A stretch of DNA of 62,786 nucleotides, filler included, from Basidiobolus ranarum (lineage: Eukaryota): assembly GCA_040143965.1 (NCBI GenBank). It is 21 parts of 21 records of this genome, joined end to end, with 100 filler letters (N's around TTAATTAATTAA, not from the genome) between each part and the next. Parts side by side here need not be neighbours in the genome. Positions count along the whole stretch, not along the records: positions 50,948 to 53,833 come from JASJQH010002894.1; positions 53,934 to 56,819 come from JASJQH010002895.1; positions 56,920 to 59,804 come from JASJQH010002896.1; positions 59,905 to 62,786 come from JASJQH010002897.1; 17 more parts are not named here. One strand, given 5' to 3'. Position 1 is the stretch's first letter, and each line of letters begins with the position of its first letter. The notes beneath the pieces are model-generated. The model worked only from the letters and a program-made list of their open reading frames with translations. It did not search any database and was not told where the DNA came from. Position numbers and translations under genes: made by a program. This document shows, piece by piece, positions 50,948-62,786 of this stretch.

Positions 50948-51060
50948 CAACTTCTTGACTTTATCTTTGAATATTATATTCTAACTTGGCTTATTTATTT
51001 ATTGACTTTGTTTAAATTGATAAATAAATATTACACCTTCTGGTGTTTATCATCCCCCCT
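50948..51060 (-). mobile_element. LTR-like family C start with PPT-like tract
   Basis: AGGGGGGA then TGATAAACACCAGAAGG; similar to 32807 onward. Confidence 0.5.
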
Positions 51061-52004
51061 ATAGGCTTTAAAACATTGATAAAAATGATGAACTGTTTAT
51101 GTAAATCAATATTTTTAGGGCAGGAAAATAACCCCCGATTTGCTATGGTGATTAAGGCATGCAACTTAAGAAAGCTTTCGAGAAAAAAGTTCTAGGCGAT
51201 AATTAAAAATAAGGCTAAAAGGGACTAAGAAAGGTGCTTTTATACCCTATTTGTATTCACAAGAACCTCATTGATAGCATAGACGCGGATATGATATATA
51301 CAGAATTGACTTGACTTCGACTGCCTCTCAGCTATCTGCAATATGTAGCTTATGATATGCTAGAATAACAAATCCCATGCGCATCTCTTAACATCCGATA
51401 CACCGCGTACTCCTAGTAGTGGTATTTTCATCGGTAGTCTGGAAGAAGTTCAGAAAATTCCAATTATCGATTATAATGTGACTAATGACATTTATTTCGT
51501 TAAGAAACTGCGCAATTTAAAGTCATAGTGCCACTTATAATAAAGGAATCTAATATTCGCACTCAATGGAATTAGCATATCCCAATTTCTTTACACATCT
51601 AAAGAGACCTTCCTTTTCAGTTGGAAGAGTGCAAATCAACTGTCTGTCCTTGAAATCGGAACCGCCAACATTGCGGAGACAATAGTCGTATAGTTAACCT
51701 TGAAGCCGATCACTAAACATACCGAATTGACATCAATACCACTTACTTTGGCCACCAAGAGTAGGACTGAAAGACAGGGAACACGTAGGCTAGGGATAAT
51801 CATTATAAGGTTGTTACATCAATACATTCAATGGTAAGTAATAATACAAGGAGATGCCTCTGGCTGGTAACTTACGATGTTGATGTTCTGGATTTATTGT
51901 TGAATATCTCAAAATCATACAACACTTTTATATTAGTATCTCGTAGCGTACTGTGACTAGTTTGCCGAAGCTGTTGGCATCTTTGGCGGACTTAGTGTTA
52001 CGTA

Positions 52005-52135
52005 TTGGCAAGAGTGACATGTTAAAAGCCAAGCAAGCGCAGGCTGATGCCGAGTACAATGCTGCCCAGGCTCAAGGATATTCTCAAGGTGCTAGTGAGA
52101 AACTGAAGGGTAATGTCAAGGATACCTTAGGGGGA
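52005..52135 (+). pseudogene. Fragment of a CsbD/Hmp1-like small hydrophilic stress protein
   Basis: QAQADAEYNAAQAQGYSQGASEKLKGNVKDTLG resembles the EAEYKAAQAQGY motif of that fungal family; no clear start or end. Confidence 0.5.
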
Positions 52136-52977
52136 TGTTCATATGAACGCCAACTCCAACTAGGATGTTCTCTAATGTTAAAGTATAATATTTGAACCGC
52201 ATCTCAATGTAAAATAAACAAATAGACCACCTCTATACTATATAATACCAAAAATCAACATTATGACTAGTATAAATATTCAACTAGATAGGTGACAAAT
52301 GAATACAAATTATGAGAAGTGCTCTTGGTTGACGAGTATTTTCATTTTCCTTGGCAGAGTGCTGGAAATACACATTTATTATAAATCTTTGTATCAGTGG
52401 TTTACCTCACAAAACACTAGATTGTATAGTCGGTTGTGGTGGCGGAAACAAAACTAGTGTGCAACCAAAAAATCCTAACTAGCTGCTGAGCATTAGCTAC
52501 TTACATCTCAAAGCTTGCATCAGTGTATTACGTTTGAAATATGGTAAGTTTTAAATTTGAGAAGATCTATTATTCTCAATCCACACTATAAGCTACTGAT
52601 AAGAATTGAGTCAGTTAACGTCAAACACGTTACTGGCTATGTTAAACTTTTGTATGGCACACAATTATGTAGATTGCAAACAATTTGAACTGGATAATAA
52701 AAAAGTTGCTCAAATATGTTATTATATAAGGGTTATTTGCTACATATACTATGCAGCCAGAACTTTTGGTGTCATTTAAGGAAAAGTAAAAAGAACAAAT
52801 ATCCCATGAATCAAATCAACTTGACCCTCAATTGGTAACTACTAGAAGTAGCATTAATAAATGAATATTCCGTTACGAAAATTATCAACACAATCAAAAT
52901 ATGACTATACAAGCTTTCAAACTTCAATAATAAGAATCTCTTTATTTCAATCTGAATATATTGATCTAATCTAAAGA

Positions 52978-53833
52978 CTACGCTATTTCAGCCCAGTCAC
53001 AAATAACTGATTTACCATTAGTTTTGCAAACGGTTCCTCTACCACAATAATCTTCGAAATATTCTCCATTGCTGCATTGGAAGAAGACAGGTGAAACTCC
53101 AGATTCTAAACACCTGAATTCTCCATGTTCACATATAGCATTGGTTGGACGCACTTGATTGTTTTTCGTGAGTGTGACCGTATCAGAAAATCTTTGAGTA
53201 CGAGCAACCTTTCCTGTTACAAATACAGTTCGAATAACCTCTAATTGCTGTGTCACTGTGGAGGTGGCACAACCAGGGGCACAACTATGAGAGCTACCAA
53301 CAGTTCGATACTTCAGAGAATCGATTGAAAGGGTAGCCTTAGTATTGGATTTCGTCGGGAATGCTCGGTTTGATTCAACAACAGTATCCTCGACGATAGT
53401 TTCGACTTGACCACTAGATCCTGTAACGGTGAAGGTGTGTGCTCCAGTGGGGACCGTGACGGTGATTGTGCGTACACTGTTCTTCTCAGTAACAGTTTCA
53501 GTAACAGTTTCGGTAACAGTCTCATGTAAGGTTACAATATCACCATGGTGGTCAGTGCGAACTTTAGTCTTGGTGACTGCTTGAGATACAACAGTAGGCT
53601 GGATAGCAACAGTTTGTACAACAATAGTTTCGACTTCGCCATTAGATCTTGTGGCGGTGAAGGTTTTTGCACTAGTAGACATAGGGGCGTTGTTCTTGAC
53701 AGTAACAGTCTCATAGATGGTTCCATTGTCAACATTGGAGTCAGTGCGAACATTGGTCTTCGTAACTGTTTGAGGAGCAATGGTAGGTTGGGCAACAACA
53801 GTACGTTCAACAATAGTTTCAACTTGACCATTA
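52978..53833 (-). CDS. Thr/Val-rich repeat protein with C-terminal CBM19-like chitin-binding module (5'-truncated)
   Basis: GQVETIV/HETVT repeats; ends CEHGEFRC..FFQCSNG..CGRGTVC..VICDW. Confidence 0.85.
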
Positions 53834-53933
53834 NNNNNNNNNNNNNNNNNNNNNNNNNNNNNNNNNNNNNNNNNNNNTTAATTAATTAANNNNNNNNNNN
53901 NNNNNNNNNNNNNNNNNNNNNNNNNNNNNNNNN

Positions 53934-55253
53934 GTAACAGTAAACGTCAGAAATTCACAAACACTTCTTTTACTCAAAAGGGTACTCCTTTGCGTAGTAA
54001 AGCTACAGAAAACTGGCTAATCTCATGGGATACGCCTTCTATGGAGACCATGGGCATGACCAAAGAGACAAGTCAAGCTAATGTTCTTAGTCCAAAAGAT
54101 TATTTATTAGACTCTAGTGACGTCTACGTTCCTTTAGTTGAACCTAAATATACCAAACAAGAACGGGAGAGAATCAAGAAGACATTTGAAGAACAAGTGG
54201 GTCAAGAACTAGAGTATTTGCGAGCTGAGCTGGCTGAAGCGACTCGTGTCAGAGAAGATTTTGAAGATAGGGTAACTCTTTTTTTCTCGAGTTTTATAAC
54301 CATTCTTTATTCTGACCTTGCTTATATCTACCAGATGATAGAGACTACCGAAGAAGCAGAGTCCATTAAAGAGAAAATCCTAGAGATCACGGAGGGCCCT
54401 CAGGAGGGGAGCAATAGTGATTTAGAGACGGATGAGGCGCTAGAGTACGAAATTGAGATTCTCGAAAGAGAGTTAAAGCTTCGCGATCAAGAAGCTGAGC
54501 TATGGGATCAAGAGATATTGAGGTATACAGACGAGGAAAAGAAACTCACAGTGATGGTTGAAGCGGAAGCAGAGGAGCGTCAATCGCTAGAGTTTGAAAT
54601 GTCCGATAAAAAAGGTTAGTCCTGATGCGAAAACTGCTCATAGCTCTTCGGCTCTAACTGTGTTTATTTTAGAGAGATACGAGGCAGATCTCACCATTGC
54701 CATCATGGAAATGGATGTCTTAAAAGAATCCCTTCAAGACACTCAAAAAGAAACCGATCATATCCGCAAAGTGTTCTCTCAATTGAAGGAGAGATATGAT
54801 AAGCTCAAGAAAGTTTATGAGTCCACTCGGAAGGTATTCTTCTTCTCTGTGATATGTGCCACTGCAACTGAGAAACTAAGCCTATTCCTATATTTAGAAT
54901 GAAGAAAACCTTGCTAATATGATTCGTAGACTACAACAAGATGTACATACTTCTGAAGAGAGAGTTTCAATTTTGAAAAACTACCGAAATGAACGTGCTG
55001 AAGAGTAAGCCATCTAAATAATGATATTAAGGTACGGAATTAACGCAAATATTGCTTTAGGGCCGATATGCATATTGCTGAGGAACGTTCTAAATACCAA
55101 AGCGACATCATGGACTACAAAGCCCAGCTTCAGGCCACTTTAGAGGAGGCAATACAAATGAAAGACGGCTTTGATAACATGATTACTCAGCTGTCTTTAA
55201 TCAATGAAAATGCTGACGATGATATCGACATGTCCAAGTCCTATTTACCGTAA
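53934..55253 (+). CDS. TACC-domain coiled-coil protein (Alp7/TACC-like), 5'-truncated, with four predicted introns starting ~54272, ~54615, ~54833 and ~55005
   Basis: PKYT motif; spliced FSQLKERYDKLK..RK/NEENL..EE/ADMHIAEERSK parallels TACC_C (RKNEESL..ANEEIAQVRSK); GT-AG sites join the ORFs. Confidence 0.7.
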
Positions 55254-56919
55254 ATGCTCCGTCACTAGTACCCTTTCAGTTGCTTTGTCTTTAGCCTATG
55301 TGCCATTTTTTCTTATGTATATCATTTTGTAAGTTGATGTTTTTGTGTGCATTTATTTTTGTCTTGTTTTACCATTGAGCGGTCCAACCCTGCTGTCTGT
55401 GTATGTCGAGAGTTTACGAAATTAGATATAAAATGACCTCATCAGGTACTTTGCTAGTTAACAGTAATCGGCATAACTTTTAAGAGAGCGTCTAGCATTG
55501 GCTCTGGTTGTTTGTATTATGGGGATTTGTTTAAAAAAGGAATCCATCTTTTTATTATGTAAACAACTCAAGGACAGAGCCCTGATGAGTCGTCAAGTGA
55601 GATGAACGGTACACAGATATTGGAGAGTTGCAAATAATCATACGGCAGACAGACATTGTTTCTAGCCTAACCCACCCCTCTGTGGAAGCTCAGACTAAAT
55701 ACAGAGTTGGTGTGGATTTTTAGCACAGACACGAATCAAAACAACATTTCATCAGCTCCACACCAACTAAAATACTCTTAAGCGTATAGGTCCGAAACAC
55801 CTGGGTTTCAGTAACTATCAATCAGCGAGTTGTGTAGTTATGAATATATTATCAAATCAATAATTCAGGAATATACTGAGAAACTAGGGCCAAGCATCAT
55901 TGGCTACCTTAACTTCGAGGGTAGTTGAATCTACTACACCTATGACATCCTGACAAATCTTACCAATGTTGTTCGAAAGTTCCTTCCAGCTGTCTCGCGT
56001 TTATATTATTTTACCTACTTCAAATCAGCCAAAGCGAGAACAAATCAATTTGCAACAAACTCTCAACTTCTGGTTGGATTACAGAGTTTAGTTTATGATC
56101 ATCAAGTCACTTGTTCAGATGCACATACTCTCTCAGCTAGTCACGAAAACGTTAAACTCAATCTTGCTACACGTTAAAGAATCCATATTATTACTACTCT
56201 ATAACCCATGTTAATTCGTACTAGTAATCTGAAATCTGCAGGGTCGCTTGTAACAGATCTTGGGGGTCGTTCTCCTAGATGAAATACAAGAACCTATCAT
56301 GCACTCAAAACAATGACCATTGAGTGGCAAGTCAATATATCATTCCATTATGTATTGGTAACATAGGTTCACTAATACTACAGAAATAGCTTTCATACAT
56401 GTTCTAAATATATCTGAGGATATATTATATTGAAGAATCATTCCTTGTCACACCCAACAAATCTTCACGAATAGAGTTTCTTCAGGGATTTGGAATTCTA
56501 TTCTAATTCACACTACAATTGTGTATGTATTTTTGAGGCCCCTTCCTCTAAATAAAAAAGTATAGTCTGGACTCTTCATTGGAATTTTCTTTTTGTTATG
56601 CTCCAATCTCGTTGAATCTTCATTAGAGTCAAGTCATCTTCGTAACTTTCTTTTGGTTTTCCTTAAACTATAAGTGACCGTCCCAATTAGCGCTAGGGAA
56701 TGCGTATATATCGAAAAAGGAAAATCATATCAGAAAAATAAACAAAGGAGATCATTTATTCACAATCGAGTTGAGAAAGAATGGGCGAATGTTCGATACA
56801 AAGATTATATTTTATAATGNNNNNNNNNNNNNNNNNNNNNNNNNNNNNNNNNNNNNNNNNNNNTTAATTAATTAANNNNNNNNNNNNNNNNNNNNNNNNN
56901 NNNNNNNNNNNNNNNNNNN

Positions 56920-58659
56920 GAGGTCCGTGTAATAGGTAGTTGAAGGAAATATGTCAGTTCCCTTTTACAGAAAGTTGTTCTAACATGATTTCTTATGATT
57001 AGATAAGAGTTCGGATTATGCCAAGGAATCAAGAGCATTGGCAATCCATGCACGAACAATGGAGGTCTTTCGCAATCTAGGAATTGTCGACAAGTTCCTT
57101 GAAGAAGCCTTCCATGCTCTGACATTCAACTTTTATAATGAAGGACAGTCGGTGGCTCAATTTTCTTTGGATCAACTGGACTCTCCCTATGCTGCGATAT
57201 TTGTACTTCCTCAAGCTAGGACCGAAGTAATACTTGGAGAGTATTTGGCCAACACCTACGGAATAAAAGTAGAAAGAAACACTGAGTTGCTTGACTTTGA
57301 GAACTCTCAAGACAAAGTCACAGTGAACATTAGAAAAATAACCAGCAATGGACGAGAAAAGATGGAAACCATGCAAGTGAAATATCTGATTGGCTGTGAT
57401 GGTGCCCACAGCACCACAAGAAAGAAATTAGGCTTGCAGTTCGAAGGACTCTCAATCAAAAATCGGTGGTGTTTCATGGATGTTGAGCTGGTGACGAACC
57501 TCCCCACTCGTCATGGTTTCAAGTGAGTGTAACAAACCCCATGATATTCTTTAAATGTGCCGATTATTGATGCTTATTCAACCTTAGTATACTTTGGAAA
57601 GGAGGAAATGCACTATTATTGATCCCAATGGGCAACAATATTTATCGGATTCTGATTGACTCGGATAGCTCAAACCGCTCACACACTGACTATAGTCATG
57701 AGGAATATATTGAAGCAGCCACAAGTCTCATTGCACCCTATACATTCGATGTGAAGAAAGTGGCATGGTTTACCAACTTTCAGGTGAATGAACGCAAGGT
57801 GAAGGAGTATAGTCAAGGAAGGGTATTTCTTTGTGGCGATGCTGCTCATATTCATAGTCCAGGTGGTGGACAGGGAATGAACACTGGTATACAAGATGCT
57901 TACAACTTGGTATGGAAGCTGGCTCTAATTGAGCGTAACCACGGGGATATGTCTATACTGACTTCAAGCTACACTAAAGAAAGAGCTCCAATTGCAGTCG
58001 ATGTACTTGCAACCAGTGGAACCATACTTCGAACATTCTTGAGCAATGCATCCTTCCTGTCATCCATACGGAGTCAGATAGTATATACCTTGAGTTCCTT
58101 CGCTTTTACCAGGTCAACGGTGGCTCAAAAACTTGTTGGGTTTGCCATTGAATATCCTCAGGGTCCACTCACTGTTCCACATGGTGGCTGGATTAGTCAA
58201 GGCCCCACCAGCATTAAGGCTGGTCGCCGTGTACCTGATATTACATTTAGTGGTTGGGAAGGAAAGAATCTTCACGATTTCTTCTCCAATCCTACTGCCT
58301 TCCATATTCTTGTATGGGTACCTCCAACCAATATATCAAAGCATACAGCATACCTGGAAGCACTTCAATGCTCAATAACAAAACTTCGAAATGCCTACGA
58401 AGGGGCCACTCCATTTTTCGAAACCTTGGTGATTACTGACGAAAGGTATAGTGACAACAAAGTCTCTAATTCTCTCTTAAAACGAAATTTTGGCAGTATC
58501 TATTACGCGAACTTCGACGAACTTCAAGTTAAGTTCGGATTTACTCATAATGACCCCGTGATCCTGATTGTTCGTCCCGATGGTTACTTAGGATTAGCAC
58601 TTTACCTTCGTAATAGTAGTCAAATCTGCGAGTACTTCGCGCCATTCATGAATAACTAA
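56920..58659 (+). CDS. FAD-dependent aromatic monooxygenase (FAD_binding_3), 5'-truncated; introns at ~56936-57002 and ~57523-57587
   Basis: RALAIHARTME, LIGCDGAHS, GRVFLCGDAAHIHSPGGGQGMNTGIQDAYNL and C-terminal IVRPDGY motifs. Confidence 0.95.
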
Positions 58660-59713
58660 GCACAGATGGTCATCACTCGGTATATCATAAGTTTCATTGC
58701 TCCAGTATATAGCATATCCTATCCAACTAACTTTCTATCACCATTTTCAACAAATAAATTTTTATTTGAGAGTTCACAGATTGTATAAAGTTGATGTCCG
58801 ACGATGAATGTCTCTCTTTCAGAATTTGAAGTAATAATTGTATCTTGAATTTGGAGCAATAATTGTATCTTGAATTTAATTGATCGGAGATATTTCACTT
58901 TTCGGTAACTAAATATGAGTTGTATGCAATCTATATATGCAAGGAGACTTCAATCAAGTTATTTTGTATTATCATACATCCACTGGGAGTAATATCTTGC
59001 AATATTGTACTGGTTAGCCGATAGAAATACTGTCATTTTCCGTTGAGGGTTCAATAGTATTTTAGCACTGCTATCGCTCTTTATGAAATTCACTAACACC
59101 GTCATTCTCATATCTATCATTGCCCTGTATTGTATGTTTTAACACAAACTTTGAATAAGTAAATCTGATGTGAATGGAAGCCCCAAAGTGGACACTCATA
59201 TTTATGCTGATGTCAATGTATATGAATATGATGACGTAGTGCTAGCGGATATTTACGACTCGAAAAAATGTGTCTACGTTTTACCTAATCTGTAAGCATT
59301 ATCGGAAGGTCGGTGCTTAATATGTTCGACTTGAATGCTCGGTACATCTTATATTTGGTAGCATTCACTCTCCGAGATATATATTTTAGTGATTCTATCA
59401 TGAATAAATTGCGGAACGTCAGAATCTCAGATTCGGACCTTAAGCTAGGACCGAGGTAATGTACTTGACTAAAAACTCTAAGTGACAGACTTGTGTACCT
59501 ATAAACCTGAAATAGTCACACCAGACACCTCGATGATTGTTGCCATAATTGGACTGTTGTTCAGACGATTCTTCGATAATTATTGTCAACTCTTTGGTTT
59601 TTTTTAACTTGAATAAATATGGAGATATTCTATACTCCCACATGTACAGATGTAAACGCATATATATACCAGCAATATGTTCAGTCATAACTCAAATACA
59701 TTCTCAACTAAAT

Positions 59714-59804
59714 ATGAACCATTCCAATCCTTAAATCTTGGTTGTCGGAGGTGGACCAGTGGGCTTAGTCAGTGCTATAGCCTTTGCTCGAGCTGGCTTT
59801 GAGG
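59714..59804 (+). pseudogene. 5' end of a second, tandem FAD monooxygenase with a stop at codon 7
   Basis: MNHSNP*ILVVGGGPVGLVSAIAFARAGFE (GxGxxG Rossmann motif); TATATATA at ~59662. Confidence 0.75.
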
Positions 59805-59904
59805 NNNNNNNNNNNNNNNNNNNNNNNNNNNNNNNNNNNNNNNNNNNNTTAATTAATTAANNNNNNNNNNNNNNNNNNNNNNNNNNNNNNNNNNNNNNNN
59901 NNNN

Positions 59905-60498
59905 TTTAACATTAAGACAAATTGTGTTAAAGGCACTTTGTTCTTTTTTAACCTGGAGTAAAACTTTGGTTTCAGATAGTTTTGCATTGTTTTCTTCTCC
60001 TACAACAGTGTCCCAGAGTCCTTTTTCTTGCAGCAGCATTTTCATTTTAATTTTCCAAACTTGATAATTGGTTCCATCCAATTTTTCAGAAGAAAGAAAA
60101 GTTCCATAAATTTGAGAAGAAGACATTACAGAGAGTGCAAACTTGCGGCTCATAACCTGTTAAAGTATGTGGGAGCCTGTTGGAAGTGGTTTGGAGAATT
60201 AGAGGAATTGGTGGTTTTCACTTATTGAGTAGAAAGTTGACATTTATAGTTTTGTCAAGATGTAAACAAACCAACATGTAGAATATGTTAAGGAAGGTCC
60301 CAGGAACATGTGTGCAAAGTTTGGGGCTTCTAGCACAAGTTTGAAAAAATCTATATATCGGAGAACTTCTTAGTTGGTAAAAATATTCTAAGTAAATTCC
60401 GATTGAGAATAATTGATAATATCTTAGTGAATTATAAGATAACTAAGTACTAAACTAAATATGACTATATAGGTGTTTAGGCAATGCTAATTTCAACA
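59905..60498 (-). mobile_element. Copia family A 5' end: LTR (60498-60158), PBS GGTTATGAGCC and open gag start
   Basis: TGTTG...TAACA LTR; EKLDGTNYQVWKIKMKMLLQEKGLW gag; flanked by CACTA ORF2. Confidence 0.95.
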
Positions 60499-62786
60499 GT
60501 AACTGGGTACACCACTTGGAAGAGTGGTAAATTTGGAAGTTTATCCAACACCTGGCACCTCTCAACAAGCCAAAACACCAGCAAATAAAACTCACGGCTC
60601 TCCAACCTCAACTGGTACTTTTCAAAGTGTTGAAATTAGCCCCAAAGTTAAAGCCACACAAACAGCCACATAAACACTACAAAGCACCCTCAGTAGTGTC
60701 ACACTACAAGGATGTACCAAAATAGTCAAAGTGCTTAAGGAGTATTTTCAAAAGTATGAAGGTAAAAATGCAGTGCAAGTATGCAGAAAGGGGCTTCAGA
60801 GGAAGAGCATTCAACTTGACATTCAGTCTGGTATTGACCGTGCAGATATCTGGGAAGAACTTTATACAGAGTGGCACAATACTGCAGGGTATCCAACAGA
60901 TAGCTGGAAGAATGTTGATTCAGCAACATTAATACAAGGTAGGCTTTGATGGAGATATTGATACAAACTTGTGTTGGGTATGAAGGTCTCTATAAAAATA
61001 TTCAGGAGAATATATTAGAGAGACTGGGGATTTCAAAGGTGACTAATTAGCATTCAAGTGGTAATTGTGTAAAATTTGAGTTACATTTTTTGCACATGTG
61101 TTAATCCATAGTTCTCTGAGATTGTAGCCAATTGTGTATAACTATTTTGCAAGATCTTGAAATTTCACTCCCAAAACTGAAAAAATTGATTAAAATCAAA
61201 TCTGATTTGATAATATTATGATTGTAAGTAAATGGTCAATCACAAATGGATTAAAATTATGATGGTTTTCCTACAATAACAATCCTCAAACTTCCGCTAG
61301 GGGATAGTATTAATATATCATGACTCTTATACCATTCAGAAGGAGGAAGATTTAAGTTTTATCCATCAAGTATAGCAGTAATACCATCAGCTTTACAGTG
61401 AGTGCTTTGGTATTGGATCAATGATCTATATGGATGATTTCATCAAAACTTTAAGATGGGGAATCAATGGTATGTAAGCCAAATATAAAAAATATTCACC
61501 TGATTCAGTGATTGCCACATGTGTGCAAACAGTACATGACTTCAGGTTTATCAGATCACCAGTGAAAGCCAAACAACCATTTGGACATGAAGGTAGTTTA
61601 ATTACTGAAGGAATATAGGTCATATGATTGACAAGTGTTTTCCACTTGTACCAAGTCTGTGGCAAGCAACAGCTGCCAATCAACTGTGATCCCTAACAGA
61701 AATTTGAAGATTGTTATCATAGGAAAATTGTCACAATTTTAATCCATTTGGGATTGACTGTTTACTTGCCATCATAAACTTGTCAAGTTAGATTTGATTT
61801 TAATCAATGTTTCAGTTTAGGAGCGAAATTTCAAGATCTCGCAAAATAGTTGCACATGCTTGGCTACAATCTCAGGAAACTATGGATCAACACATGTGCA
61901 AAAAATGTAACTCAAATTTTGTACAATTACCACTTGAGTGCTAATTTGTCACCTTTGCAATCCCTAGTCTTGTTAATATATTCTCCTGAATATTTTATAG
62001 AGTTCTTCCTACCCAACACAAGTTTGTATCAGGATCTCCATCAAAGCCCACCATTGTATTAACATTGCTGAATCAACATTCTTCCAGCTATCTGGTGGAT
62101 ACCCTGTGATATTGTGCCACTCTGTATTAAGTTCTTCCCAGATATTGGCACGGTCAACACCAGACTGAATGTCAAGTTGAATGTTATTCTTCTGAAGCCA
62201 CTTTCTGCATACTTGCACTGCATTTTTCCCTTCATACTTTTGAAAATACTCCTCAAGCACTTTGACTATTTTTGTATGTCCTTGTAGTGTGTCACTACTG
62301 AGGGTGTTTTGTGGTGTTTGTGTGGCTTTTTGCTAGCCTTTTCCTTTGGGACTAATTTTAACACTTTGAAAAGTACTAGTTGAAGTTGCAGAGCTGTGAG
62401 TTTTATTTGCTGGTGTTTTGGCTTGTTGAGAGGTGCCAGGTGTTGGGTAAACTTCTGAATTAAGCACTCTTCCAACTGGTGTACCCAGTTCCATGGTGAA
62501 ATTAAGCTTTTTTGCCAGCATATCTGACTCTGGAATTGCAGATCTTTGAAATGGTGTGAAGAATTTGGTAAGTGGGACAGTAGAGCCTAAACTCACAGTC
62601 TCCTTTGCTTTTCCCTGGGGTTTACTAACTTCCTGCTCCTTGGGTACTGCTTTAGCTGCATTTCTTTCATTTCCAAGTCAATAGTTGCATACATTTTTGA
62701 GATGTTTCATGAATAGGCCCAAACTAGCCCAATTGCCATTTACTTGCAAAAACCCAGGATAAGCCACAAGAAATAAGTCAAGAAAC
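60499..62786. mobile_element. CACTA/CMC-like nest: ORF2 3' part plus end A (ends 61302), host transposase fragment (~61375-61690, -), second end A (61691) plus ORF2 (-)
   Basis: Two end A termini flank KLPSCPNGCLAFTGDL..YIPLIPHLK. Confidence 0.9.

Noticed and set aside
2908-59904. Regularly spaced TTAATTAATTAA motif every ~3 kb as a biological repeat, and any gene cluster spanning segments (e.g. NRPS + monooxygenase + HMG-CoA reductase)
   Set aside because: The motif is an artificial all-frame-stop linker between length-sorted contigs, so order and neighbourhood across spacers carry no information.
61290-61303. CCC/GGG terminus as piggyBac, or CTAG as a Helitron 3' end
   Set aside because: The flanks are not TTAA, the GGG is shared by the copies, both ends form a TIR, and the transposase motifs are CACTA-type.

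Overview
This window is not one locus. It is 21 unlinked small contigs (2907 down to 2882 bp, sorted by length) joined by artificial 100-bp spacers (N44-TTAATTAATTAA-N44), so nothing can be inferred from adjacency across spacers. The DNA is eukaryotic and fungal-like, with short spliceosomal introns. An early-diverging fungus such as Basidiobolus is my inference only. About half is nested, decayed, almost CpG-free transposon sequence. It includes a CACTA/EnSpm (CMC)-type DNA transposon with CCC termini and a divergently transcribed accessory ORF, which can be reassembled from fragments, and two Ty1/copia families whose primer-binding sites match the tRNAi-Met anticodon loop. It also includes a 282-bp LTR-like unit carrying a tRNA-like gene, and gypsy-like remnants. 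Host genes, mostly truncated by contig ends, are Hsp70, HMG-CoA reductase, 6-phosphogluconate dehydrogenase, a Bem1/Scd2-like scaffold, a TACC-domain protein, an FAD monooxygenase, secreted Cys-rich/CBM19-like proteins, an HSF-domain pseudogene, and the start of an NRPS with a bacterial-type starter condensation domain. All family calls rest on motifs recognised by eye; no searches were run.
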